Origin: a virus
Lineage: Duplodnaviria > Caudoviricetes
Direction: 5' to 3' (one strand)
DNA length: 28,779 nt
IMG/VR virus record: IMGVR_UViG_3300033067_001061
Coordinates: 1 to 28,779 of that record
This document shows positions 16,657-25,326 of the stretch, in pieces. The notes under the pieces were generated by a model. The model searched no databases and was not told where the DNA came from. It saw nothing but the letters and a program-made list of their open reading frames with translations. The translations under genes were made by a program, and so were the position numbers. Numbering within the stretch: position 1 is the first letter of the stretch; every line of letters starts with the position of its first letter.

Positions 16657-17114
16657 TTCAACGTATGTTTGAAGTATTATTTGTAATAATAACAATCTTA
16701 GCTTTATATGGATTGTTTTCATTAAAATACAATCTTCCAACACCATTTAAAGAAAAACCTGTTGAGAAACCTATCATTATTAATGATACTTTTTCAGAGG
16801 ATTTACTAATGATGGAGATAAAAGATGCTGAAATAAAATATCCTGATATAGTTTTAGCGCAAGCTAGACTAGAAACAGGTAACTTTAAATCTGATTATTT
16901 TAAAGAGCGTAATAACCTTTTTGGCTTTAGGGCTAAAAATGGTTATATGCACTTTAAAGATTGGAGAGAATGTGTATTATTTTACGCTGATTGGCAAAAA
17001 AAATATTATAAATCAGGTGATTATTATGCTTTCCTAGAAGATATAGGATATGCAGAAGATCCTACCTATATAAGTAAAGTAAAAAGATGTATAAAGTTGA
17101 GACATGGGTTTTAA
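16638..17114 (+). CDS. Membrane-anchored GH73/FlgJ-type peptidoglycan hydrolase
   Basis: N-terminal TM (VLFVIITILALYGLF); AQARLETG, NNLFG and GYAEDPTY motifs. Confidence 0.85.
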   Translation: MDKDDLIQRMFEVLFVIITILALYGLFSLKYNLPTPFKEKPVEKPIIINDTFSEDLLMMEIKDAEIKYPDIVLAQARLETGNFKSDYFKERNNLFGFRAKNGYMHFKDWRECVLFYADWQKKYYKSGDYYAFLEDIGYAEDPTYISKVKRCIKLRHGF

Positions 17115-17251
17115 AAGATATAACTAAAGTTCTAGATGGTTTTAATAAACCAGTTAGAAGTAAAAATTTAAATAAAAGGATTGCTTTGGAGAAAAAAGCT
17201 ATCAAATTGTCTAAACTTATTAAAGCTAATTATACAGAAGTAAGTATATGA
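17087..17251 (+). CDS. Small basic protein of 54 aa, not in the ORF track (MYKVETWVLKDITK...YTEVSI)
   Basis: Translated by hand. Fills the gap exactly and has an ATGA overlap with the start at 17248. Confidence 0.65.
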   Translation: MYKVETWVLKDITKVLDGFNKPVRSKNLNKRIALEKKAIKLSKLIKANYTEVSI

Positions 17252-18009
17252 AAATAGCTGTAATAGATTTAGATTCCGTAATGTTTAGCTGTGGTCATCC
17301 TAACAAAGTGTTAGATGATAAAGGTGAACCTATTAAGGAAAATGGTAAATTTGTATATATAGATAAAACTGAAGATGAGTTAAAAGATAGTGTTCATTAT
17401 TGGATGAATAATATTTTAACTAAATCTGAGGCTACCCATTATGTTCCTTTTATTAAAGGTAAGGGTAACTATAGATATGAAATAAAAAGTGATTATAAGG
17501 CTAATAGACCTAAAGAATCCCCTAAATGGTGGGCTTTTACAAAAGCTTACTTTATTAGTGAATTTGGTGCAATTCCTGTAGATGGTATAGAAGTAGATGA
17601 TGCAGTAAATATCACAAGACTCTCTCTACCAGATTCTTTCATTTGTGCTATAGATGGAGATTTATTAGGTTTAGAAGGATGCCATTATAATTGGAGAAAA
17701 GAAGAGTGGGTTACCACAACTGCAGTAGATGCTGAATATAAGTTTTGGAAAGATATGATTTCTGGTCAATCTGGTGATAATATAAAAGGAATCCCTGGTA
17801 AAGGTGATAAATTTGTACAAACACTATTTGCTAATGATGAAATATCGTTACCTCAACTTACATTAGGGGCGTATATTCAGTTTTTAGGGGAAGAATATGG
17901 TATTGAGGAATTTTATAAAAATTATAAATCTCTAAAAATATTAGATAAATATGAAGGTTTTATAGTTCCTGAACCATTAAGTGTTACTAAAGAAGAAAGG
18001 ACAATATGA
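17248..18009 (+). CDS. 5'-3' exonuclease / flap nuclease (T7 gp6 / T4 RNase H-like)
   Basis: IDLDS, YKANR, EVDD, IDGDL, and the H3TH motif DNIKGIPGKG. Confidence 0.9.
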   Translation: MKIAVIDLDSVMFSCGHPNKVLDDKGEPIKENGKFVYIDKTEDELKDSVHYWMNNILTKSEATHYVPFIKGKGNYRYEIKSDYKANRPKESPKWWAFTKAYFISEFGAIPVDGIEVDDAVNITRLSLPDSFICAIDGDLLGLEGCHYNWRKEEWVTTTAVDAEYKFWKDMISGQSGDNIKGIPGKGDKFVQTLFANDEISLPQLTLGAYIQFLGEEYGIEEFYKNYKSLKILDKYEGFIVPEPLSVTKEERTI

Positions 18010-18617
18010 GTTTAAGATTAGCATATCTGACTGAAAATGGATATGTAGCAAGTGATGGAGATTTAAGACATACTAAAGTAACTAATTTTTGTTTACCTAT
18101 GTATGGATTTCATAAACGTGACTTTAAAAATAAATTACTAAATGTTTATATCTTACATGAAGTTACACCACATTTGTATGTGGTAACTTTGAATGATGAT
18201 AGCATTAGTGATGTATTGGTTAAATTGAGTGGACATGAAGATTTTGTAGAATCTTTTGATGATGATGATGGTAAAGAGTTAGTTTTTAAACTTAAAGTAC
18301 CTAAAAGACATGAAGAAGATTATTATAAAGTGTTGAATGGTCTCTACTCAGAGATTTCTAATGACTATAAGGAGGTATTAAAATATTTTTATACGAATAG
18401 TGTATATCCTATTGATACTTCACCTCTTATAGTTAATGGTCAAGTAGCTACGACTATGTGGGAAATCTTAAATCCCTCTGTAAGAAAGAGAGAGCAGGTA
18501 GCTAAACATTTTGGTGTAGAAGTAGATGCTATTAAGCAGTTAATGTCTAAACCAGATTTAAAGTATGAATTATATATAAAAGCAAATCAATTATACAATC
18601 AAGAAGAACAATTATGA
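18006..18617 (+). CDS. Hypothetical protein
   Basis: 203-aa ORF with ATGA overlaps at both ends. Confidence 0.8.
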   Translation: MSLRLAYLTENGYVASDGDLRHTKVTNFCLPMYGFHKRDFKNKLLNVYILHEVTPHLYVVTLNDDSISDVLVKLSGHEDFVESFDDDDGKELVFKLKVPKRHEEDYYKVLNGLYSEISNDYKEVLKYFYTNSVYPIDTSPLIVNGQVATTMWEILNPSVRKREQVAKHFGVEVDAIKQLMSKPDLKYELYIKANQLYNQEEQL

Positions 18618-20272
18618 AGAATCAATTTAGAACGAAGTTTAGTGAGGATATATTTAATCATAAATATAGACATGAAGGATGTGAAACTTGGGATAAACTA
18701 GCTGTTGTTTTGGTAGAGGATGTTTGTAGAGATAAACTATCTAAAACTGAAAAAAATCAATTAGCTAAATATATCACAGAAATGAAGTTTATTCCTGGTG
18801 GAAGATACTTATATTATGCTGGTAGACCATTTAAAGCATTTAATAATTGTTACTTACTTAGAAGTGAGCAAGATAGTAGGGAAGATTGGGCTAATTTATC
18901 ATGGAAAGCCGAAAGCTGTCTAATGACAGGTGGAGGTATTGGTAATGATTATTCAATTTATCGTCCTAAAAATTCAGTTATAAATAAAACAGGAGGATTA
19001 GCTTCTGGACCAGTTTCTAAGATGAAAATGATTAATGAGATTGGTAGAGAAGTTATGCAGGGTGGAAGCAGAAGATCTGCTATTTATGCTAGTTTAAACT
19101 GGCAACATGGAGATATCCATGAATTTATACATAGTAAAGATTGGTATTCTATGAAAGTAGCAGGTACAGATTTTTCACTAGGTGATTTAAAAGAGAAGGA
19201 TTTTAATTTTCCTGCTCCGCTAGATATGACTAACATTTCAGTTAATTATGATACTGAATGGTTAGAAAAATATAAGAAAACAGGTGATGTTGGTAGTGTG
19301 TTTTTGGAGAATGTAAAACAAGCACTTAAAACATCAGAACCAGGTTTTTCATTTAATTTCTATGAGAAAGAAAATGAGACACTTAGAAATGCCTGTACAG
19401 AAGTTACATCAGAAGATGATAGTGATGTATGTAACTTAGGATCTCTTAACTTTGCAGTTATAGAATCTAAAGAAGAATTAGAAGAAATTATAGAATTATC
19501 CATTAAATTTTTATTGTGTGGTACTCTGGTAGCAGATTTACCATATGAAAAAGTTTATCAAGTAAGAGAGAAGAATCGTAGATTAGGATTAGGATTAATG
19601 GGAATTCATGAATGGTTATTAAAAAGAAATTATAAATATGAAGTTACTCCTGAATTACATGAGTGGCTTTACATATACAAAAATAAATCAAATTATATCT
19701 CAAGGAAATTTGCAGATAAATTAAATATTAGTAGACCTGTAGCTAATAGAGCTATAGCTCCAACAGGAAGTATTGGAATCCTTGCTGGAACATCTACCGG
19801 TATTGAACCTATATTTGCAGTAGCTTATAAACGTAGATATTTAAAAGGTAGAACTCAGTGGGTATATCAAAATGTTATTGATGGTACTGCTAAAATCATG
19901 ATAGATCAATTTGGAGTAGATCCTGGTAAAATAGAATCTGCTATTGATTTAGCTAGTGATTATGAGCGTAGAATTAAATTTCAGGCAGATGTACAAGATT
20001 ATGTAGATATGTCTATTAGTTCAACTATTAATCTACCTGCGTGGGGATCTGAATTAAATAATGAATCACAAGTAGTACCTTTTGCTAAGACACTAGCTAA
20101 GTATGCTCATAGATTACGTGGCTTTACATGTTATGCTGATGGTAGTAGAGGTGGACAACCTATTACTCCTATTAGTTATAATGAAGCTAAGGAGAATGAG
20201 GGTAAAGAATATGAAGAAAAATTTACTGATATTTGTGAAATTTCAGGAAAAGGTGGACATTGTGGAGTTTAA
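18614..20272 (+). CDS. nrdJ: Ribonucleotide reductase, probably class II (B12-dependent)
   Basis: PGGR, NNC, finger loop NACTE, CNLG, APTG, GIEP, C-terminal Cys pair (CEISGKGGHC); no small-subunit gene in the window. Confidence 0.85.
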   Translation: MKNQFRTKFSEDIFNHKYRHEGCETWDKLAVVLVEDVCRDKLSKTEKNQLAKYITEMKFIPGGRYLYYAGRPFKAFNNCYLLRSEQDSREDWANLSWKAESCLMTGGGIGNDYSIYRPKNSVINKTGGLASGPVSKMKMINEIGREVMQGGSRRSAIYASLNWQHGDIHEFIHSKDWYSMKVAGTDFSLGDLKEKDFNFPAPLDMTNISVNYDTEWLEKYKKTGDVGSVFLENVKQALKTSEPGFSFNFYEKENETLRNACTEVTSEDDSDVCNLGSLNFAVIESKEELEEIIELSIKFLLCGTLVADLPYEKVYQVREKNRRLGLGLMGIHEWLLKRNYKYEVTPELHEWLYIYKNKSNYISRKFADKLNISRPVANRAIAPTGSIGILAGTSTGIEPIFAVAYKRRYLKGRTQWVYQNVIDGTAKIMIDQFGVDPGKIESAIDLASDYERRIKFQADVQDYVDMSISSTINLPAWGSELNNESQVVPFAKTLAKYAHRLRGFTCYADGSRGGQPITPISYNEAKENEGKEYEEKFTDICEISGKGGHCGV

Positions 20273-20282
20273 TTAATAATTT

Positions 20283-20660
20283 ATGCATATTGTAGAAAAA
20301 GAAGATCAAGATTCTCTGGTAAAGAGACTTGAAACAATAAAATATGACCAAGGAAAGGTCTGTTTTAGTGATATACCTCAGTTAACCCTAGCTTCAACAG
20401 CTAGGGTTTTTAATTATGGGGCTAAAAAATATACAAAATTTAACTATATTCATGGTACTAATTGGTTAAGATATTATGATGCTGCTCAAAGACATATGCA
20501 CTCCTGGATGACAGGAGAAGATATTGATGAATCAGAAAATCATCATATAGATCATGCTATAGCTTCATTAATGATGCTTAGAGAAAGTATACATTTAAAT
20601 AGAGGTCTCGATGACCGTAATCATGAATATGATAAATCTAGTAGAGACACAAAAAAGTAA
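20283..20660 (+). CDS. dATP/dGTP diphosphohydrolase domain protein (DUF5664-like)
   Basis: KYDQGK, GAKKY..NY..G, AAQRH, GEDID.ES..HHIDHA. Confidence 0.85.
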   Translation: MHIVEKEDQDSLVKRLETIKYDQGKVCFSDIPQLTLASTARVFNYGAKKYTKFNYIHGTNWLRYYDAAQRHMHSWMTGEDIDESENHHIDHAIASLMMLRESIHLNRGLDDRNHEYDKSSRDTKK

Positions 20661-21318
20661 GTTTTCAAGTGACTGGTGGGATAAACTTTCAGTAGAATTT
20701 GAACAACAATATATGCAGGATATATATAACTATTTAATTTCCCGTAAGAAAAATTCTGTAGATATATATCCTTCATCAGATAAAGTTTATAAAGCATTTG
20801 AAGAGTCTTTTAAAGATGTTAAAATTGTTATACTAGGGCAGGATCCTTATCACACTACTGGTGCTGCTCAGGGTCTTGCTTTCAGTGTTTCTAATAGTTA
20901 TCCATCAGTTCCACCATCTTTAGTTAATATATTAGCTGAAGTGGAAAATGATATATATGATGGAATGTATTTAGATAAAAATCCTAATTTAGAACATTGG
21001 TCTAAACAAGGAGTATTTTTATTAAATACTTGTTTAACTGTAGAAAAAGGATTACCTTTGAGCCATGAACGTATAGGATGGCAAAGATTTACACAAGTAG
21101 CTTTTCAGCATATTTGTGATAAAAATGAACCAGTAGTCTTTATGTTATGGGGGAATCATGCAAAAGCTTATAAACAATTTATATCTAATAAATACCACTT
21201 AGTTTTAGAAGCAGCTCACCCAAGCCCCTTTAGTGTTAAAGGATTTAAAGGATGTAAACATTTCTCTAAAGCTAATCAATATTTATTAGATAATAATTTA
21301 AAACCAATAATTTGGTAA
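20611..21318 (+). CDS. ung: Uracil-DNA glycosylase family 1 (true start may be 20623 or 20629)
   Basis: GQDPYH, GLAFS, PPSL, LLN, LWG, HPSP. Confidence 0.95.
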   Translation: MTVIMNMINLVETQKSKFSSDWWDKLSVEFEQQYMQDIYNYLISRKKNSVDIYPSSDKVYKAFEESFKDVKIVILGQDPYHTTGAAQGLAFSVSNSYPSVPPSLVNILAEVENDIYDGMYLDKNPNLEHWSKQGVFLLNTCLTVEKGLPLSHERIGWQRFTQVAFQHICDKNEPVVFMLWGNHAKAYKQFISNKYHLVLEAAHPSPFSVKGFKGCKHFSKANQYLLDNNLKPIIW

Positions 21319-21319
21319 T

Positions 21320-22330
21320 ATGAATAAACAACAAAAGAAAATATACAACTGGTTGACAAAAAGACCAGGGTACTTAAAGAAAAGTGCAGAAGCTATAGTA
21401 GATATTATTTCTGATGATGTTACATTAAAAGATGTAACTGTAGCTTTAAAAGAAGCTAAATTAAAGAAAGATAAATCTAAAATTAGTATAATAGATAGAG
21501 CTAAAAAAGTACCAGTTCAAATAAAAAAACAAGTAGATTATACATTTAATAATAGCAATTTTACCAGAAAATTAACCACACCAGGATTATATTTTATCTT
21601 TGGTTGTGTTCATGCTCCTTTCCATAAGAAGGATGCATTTAAAGCAGTATTTCAACTATTAAAAGATAATAGAGAGAGTATTGTTGGAGTAGTTTTAGCA
21701 GGTGATTTCTTGGATATGAATAGTCTAAGTTCTCATGATAAAGGTAAGAAGCCTTTAATGGGTGTTACTTTAGATTGGGAATATAGTGAAGCTAATGATT
21801 TATTAGATGATTTATTTGAACCATTAAGTAAAAATATTAATAAAGTATATCTGTATGGAAACCATGAAGATAGGTACTTTAGATATATGAATGATATTGA
21901 TAATTCTAAGTTAGGAAAATCTCTCCCATCCCCAGAGATTGGTTTAAATCTTCAAGATAGAGGATTTAGATTATTAACTAACTGGAAAGAAGATCATATT
22001 ACATTAGGTAATTATTTAGATGTTAGTCATGGTGAGTTTATAAATGTGCATACTGCTAAGAAGCATATAGACACATATAGACGTTCTACATTATTTTATC
22101 ACACACATAGAGTTCAACAATATATTGAAGGACAAGTTGGTGGATATAATGGTGGTTCTATGGCTGATTTTACAGAACCTGTATTTAATTATGCATCTAG
22201 AGCTATGAAAGGTAGTTGGTTAAATGGATTTACTGCTGTTCATGTAGATGAACAAGGTTATTATCACATACAACAAATAGTATGTTATAATAATAGTTTT
22301 GTATTTGGTAATAAAATTTATAAATATTAG
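21320..22330 (+). CDS. Calcineurin-like metallophosphoesterase with a basic N-terminal extension
   Basis: GCVH (variant of DxH), GDFLD, GNHE, SHG, HTHR. Confidence 0.85.
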   Translation: MNKQQKKIYNWLTKRPGYLKKSAEAIVDIISDDVTLKDVTVALKEAKLKKDKSKISIIDRAKKVPVQIKKQVDYTFNNSNFTRKLTTPGLYFIFGCVHAPFHKKDAFKAVFQLLKDNRESIVGVVLAGDFLDMNSLSSHDKGKKPLMGVTLDWEYSEANDLLDDLFEPLSKNINKVYLYGNHEDRYFRYMNDIDNSKLGKSLPSPEIGLNLQDRGFRLLTNWKEDHITLGNYLDVSHGEFINVHTAKKHIDTYRRSTLFYHTHRVQQYIEGQVGGYNGGSMADFTEPVFNYASRAMKGSWLNGFTAVHVDEQGYYHIQQIVCYNNSFVFGNKIYKY

Positions 22331-22467
22331 CCCTCTATCTCTGCAGGGATATGGAACGAAGACTTTTATAACTCCTCTTATAAGAGAACGTAACTTAACT
22401 GTTACTCAGTACCTTATAATGAAATAAAACTAAAACGTAGGTTAGCATAGTTTACAGATCTAGGGGT
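22330..22467 (+). ncRNA. Candidate structured intergenic RNA
   Basis: Ends are complementary (GCCCTCTA...CTG / CAG...TAGGGGT); internal stems at 22375-22386, 22390-22405 and 22427-22453. Confidence 0.3.
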
Positions 22468-22487
22468 ATTACAAAACTGTTTTTATT

Positions 22488-22727
22488 ATGTCAAGATCAT
22501 ACAAAAAGAAAGCTATAATTAAGGATAGTGGTTTAGGTTTTAAAGCACTTGGTAACAGAAAGCTTAGAAGAAAATCTAGACAAAAAGTCAAATTAAATGA
22601 TCCTGACTCAGTTTTACCAATTGATAAATCTGAAGTTGTTAATGATTACAATGTATGTGATTGGAAATTTGAGGTTACTAAGAAGAATTGTAAAAAAGTA
22701 AATAAAGAAGGTAAATTAAGGAAATAA
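22488..22727 (+). CDS. Small basic hypothetical protein (MSRSYKK...)
   Basis: 79 aa, Lys/Arg-rich; TAATG overlap with the next gene. Confidence 0.75.
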   Translation: MSRSYKKKAIIKDSGLGFKALGNRKLRRKSRQKVKLNDPDSVLPIDKSEVVNDYNVCDWKFEVTKKNCKKVNKEGKLRK

Positions 22728-22891
22728 TGGCTGATATTAGCATGTGTAAGGGCACTGATTGTCCTAAAAAAGAAAAATGCTGGAGATTTAAAGCTCCAAT
22801 TAATGAATTTAGGCAATCTTATATGATGGAAGTACCATATGATAAGAAAACAAAGAAATGTGAAATGTTTTGGAAATTTAAAGATAAATAG
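22727..22891 (+). CDS. Small Cys-rich protein of 54 aa, not in the ORF track (MADISMCKGTDCPKKEKCWRF...CEMFWKFKDK)
   Basis: Translated by hand. TAATG coupling upstream, ends 2 nt before the next ATG; four Cys suggest metal binding. Confidence 0.8.
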   Translation: MADISMCKGTDCPKKEKCWRFKAPINEFRQSYMMEVPYDKKTKKCEMFWKFKDK

Positions 22892-22893
22892 TT

Positions 22894-23799
22894 ATGGAAG
22901 TATTAAATTTAGTAAATCAATATGATTCTACAATCAATTATGAAATTCAAAAATTTCCTGATGGTCAACAGAATGTTATTATAAAAAATAACAATTCTAA
23001 AATATCACGAGTATTAGTAAAATCTAGATTAAACAATTGGTTAGATTTAGAACTAATTACTTGTGCTGTAGCATCATTACGTGAATTAGGTGTAGAAGAA
23101 ATTCATCTTTACATACCATATATTATAGGTGCTAGAAGTGATAGAAAGTTTGAAGAAGGTGGGAATAACTATCTTAGAGATGTTATTTGTCCTGTTATTA
23201 ATTCATTAAACTTTAAAACAGTTACTTGTATTGATCCTCATAGTGATGTACTAGAAGCTTGCATTAAAGGATTTAAAAAAGAATCTAATTTAGATTTAGT
23301 TAGATGGATATTTATGAATCATCCTCAAAATACTAAACATATGGAAGATTTTATTTTAATATCACCAGATGCTGGAGCAAGTAAAAAGATCTATAAATTA
23401 GCTGAACAAATTGGTTATAAAGGAGATATTATTACTTGTAGTAAAGAACGAGATAATGAGGGTAAATTAACTAAATGTGTTGTACCTGTTAAAGATACTG
23501 GTCCTTTATGTAAAAAAGATTATATAATTATAGATGATATTTGTGATGGTGGTGCTACTTTTATAAATATAGCCAAAGAACTTAAAAAATTATATAACTA
23601 TAATCATATCTATCTCATAGTAACTCATGGAATATTTAGTAAAGGATTTGTAGAATTATCTGAATATTTCGATGGGATATATTGTACTAATAGTTATAAA
23701 GATAAAGAGCATTATACAAGTAATAGTATTAATATTAATGAAGCCGCTATATCTATGCACTTTAGAGAACACAAAGTTAAACAATTAAACGTATTTTAA
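22894..23799 (+). CDS. Ribose-phosphate pyrophosphokinase-like protein (candidate ADPR-PP synthetase, Adps)
   Basis: FPDG, PYIIGARSDR, DPHS, SPDAGA, PRT loop IIDDICDGGAT, THG. Confidence 0.9.
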   Translation: MEVLNLVNQYDSTINYEIQKFPDGQQNVIIKNNNSKISRVLVKSRLNNWLDLELITCAVASLRELGVEEIHLYIPYIIGARSDRKFEEGGNNYLRDVICPVINSLNFKTVTCIDPHSDVLEACIKGFKKESNLDLVRWIFMNHPQNTKHMEDFILISPDAGASKKIYKLAEQIGYKGDIITCSKERDNEGKLTKCVVPVKDTGPLCKKDYIIIDDICDGGATFINIAKELKKLYNYNHIYLIVTHGIFSKGFVELSEYFDGIYCTNSYKDKEHYTSNSININEAAISMHFREHKVKQLNVF

Positions 23800-25326
23800 A
23801 TGAACCCACTATTATTAGTAGACAGTTATAAAATCCATCATACAAAAATGTATCCTGATGGTATGACAAAATTATATTCTAATCTTACTCCACGTAAATC
23901 ACGCATGAATGGTGTAGATAAAGTAGTTACATTTGGTATTCAACATTTTATAGTAGAATATCTTATTAAACAATTTAATGAAGAATTTTTCAAATTGAAT
24001 GACAGAGGAAATGTTAAACATCTTAAACAAGATATAATAAAAGAATATAAACATCATTGTAATGTAGATACTACTCATATTGAAGCTTTATGGGATTTAG
24101 GTTACTTACCTATTGAGATTAAAGCTTTAGATGAAGGTACTTTATGTCCTATTGGAGTACCAATGATGACAATTACAAACACTCATCCAGATTTTGGATG
24201 GTTAGTAAACTATTTAGAAACATTAATTAGTTGTCAATTGTGGCAACCAATTACTTCTGCAACAATAGCCTATGAATACAAGAAAATTCTTGAAAAATAT
24301 GCACTTGAAACTACAGGATCTACTGAAGGAGTACAGTGGCAAGGTCATGATTTTTCTATGCGTGGTATGTCTAGCGTTGAGTCAGCTATTTTGTCTGGTA
24401 TGGGACATTTGCTTTCTTTTACAGGTACAGATACAATTCCTGCAATATATCAGTTGGAGTCAAGTTACAATGCTAATGGTCTTATTGGGGCTAGTGTTCC
24501 AGCTACTGAGCATAGTGTTATGTGTATGGGTACTAAAGAGTCTGAAATAGCTACATTTGAAAGATTATTAGATTTATATCCTAGTGGTATATTATCTGTT
24601 GTATCTGATACTTGGGATTTATGGAAGGTTTGTACTGAATATTTACCTCAATTAAAAGAAGATATTCTTAAAAGAGATGGTAAATTAGTAATTAGACCTG
24701 ATAGTGGAGATCCTGTGGATATTATTTGTGGTTTAATAGATGATAAACAATTTTTATATCCAGATTTACCTATTAAAAAAGGTGTAATAGAACTTCTTTG
24801 GGATACATTTGGAGGAACAATCAATGAACAAGGATATAAAGTATTAGATTCTCATATTGGAGCTATTTATGGTGATAGTATTACTTTAGAAAGAGCTACT
24901 GAGATTTGTGAGAGATTAAAAGCTAAAGGATTTGCTAGTACTAACATTGTATTAGGTATTGGTAGTTTTACTTATCAGTATAATACCAGAGATACCTTTG
25001 GTTTTGCTATGAAAGCTACTTATGGTGAAGTTAAAATTCATAGTAGTAAATGTGTTGACACTGAATGTAATTGTGAAGGTATTTATTGTGAAAAAAGTGT
25101 AGAATGTAGAGAAATCTTTAAAGATCCTATCACTGATGATGGTACTAAGAAGTCTAAAAAGGGTTTGTTGTGTGTTCAACAAAATGAAACTAATGGAGAT
25201 TTAGAAGTAATTGATCAATGTAATTGGGAACAAGAATCTAAAGGATTATTAACAACAGTATTTAAAAATGGTAAACTTGTAAAAGAAACTAATTTAGATG
25301 CAATAAGACTTAAATTAAATGGGTAA
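23800..25326 (+). CDS. Nicotinamide phosphoribosyltransferase-like protein (candidate Namat)
   Basis: DSYK, HDFSMRG, GTDT, ATEHS, VSDTWD, IRPDSGDP, IYGDSIT, KKSKKG. Confidence 0.93.
   Translation: MNPLLLVDSYKIHHTKMYPDGMTKLYSNLTPRKSRMNGVDKVVTFGIQHFIVEYLIKQFNEEFFKLNDRGNVKHLKQDIIKEYKHHCNVDTTHIEALWDLGYLPIEIKALDEGTLCPIGVPMMTITNTHPDFGWLVNYLETLISCQLWQPITSATIAYEYKKILEKYALETTGSTEGVQWQGHDFSMRGMSSVESAILSGMGHLLSFTGTDTIPAIYQLESSYNANGLIGASVPATEHSVMCMGTKESEIATFERLLDLYPSGILSVVSDTWDLWKVCTEYLPQLKEDILKRDGKLVIRPDSGDPVDIICGLIDDKQFLYPDLPIKKGVIELLWDTFGGTINEQGYKVLDSHIGAIYGDSITLERATEICERLKAKGFASTNIVLGIGSFTYQYNTRDTFGFAMKATYGEVKIHSSKCVDTECNCEGIYCEKSVECREIFKDPITDDGTKKSKKGLLCVQQNETNGDLEVIDQCNWEQESKGLLTTVFKNGKLVKETNLDAIRLKLNG

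Noticed and set aside
2365-20272. Introns or inteins in PolB, the helicases or RNR
   Set aside because: The ORFs are continuous and compact, with no intein-like or homing-endonuclease insertions visible.
24272-24550. Alternative-frame + strand ORF of 92 aa
   Set aside because: Fully nested in the NAMPT-like gene, with no independent support.
2168-25182. Minus-strand ORFs in the track (2168, 4633, 7286, 7996, 11193, 12079, 12552, 14083, 24952)
   Set aside because: All lie antisense to well-supported + strand genes, are short and carry no motifs; they are shadow ORFs.
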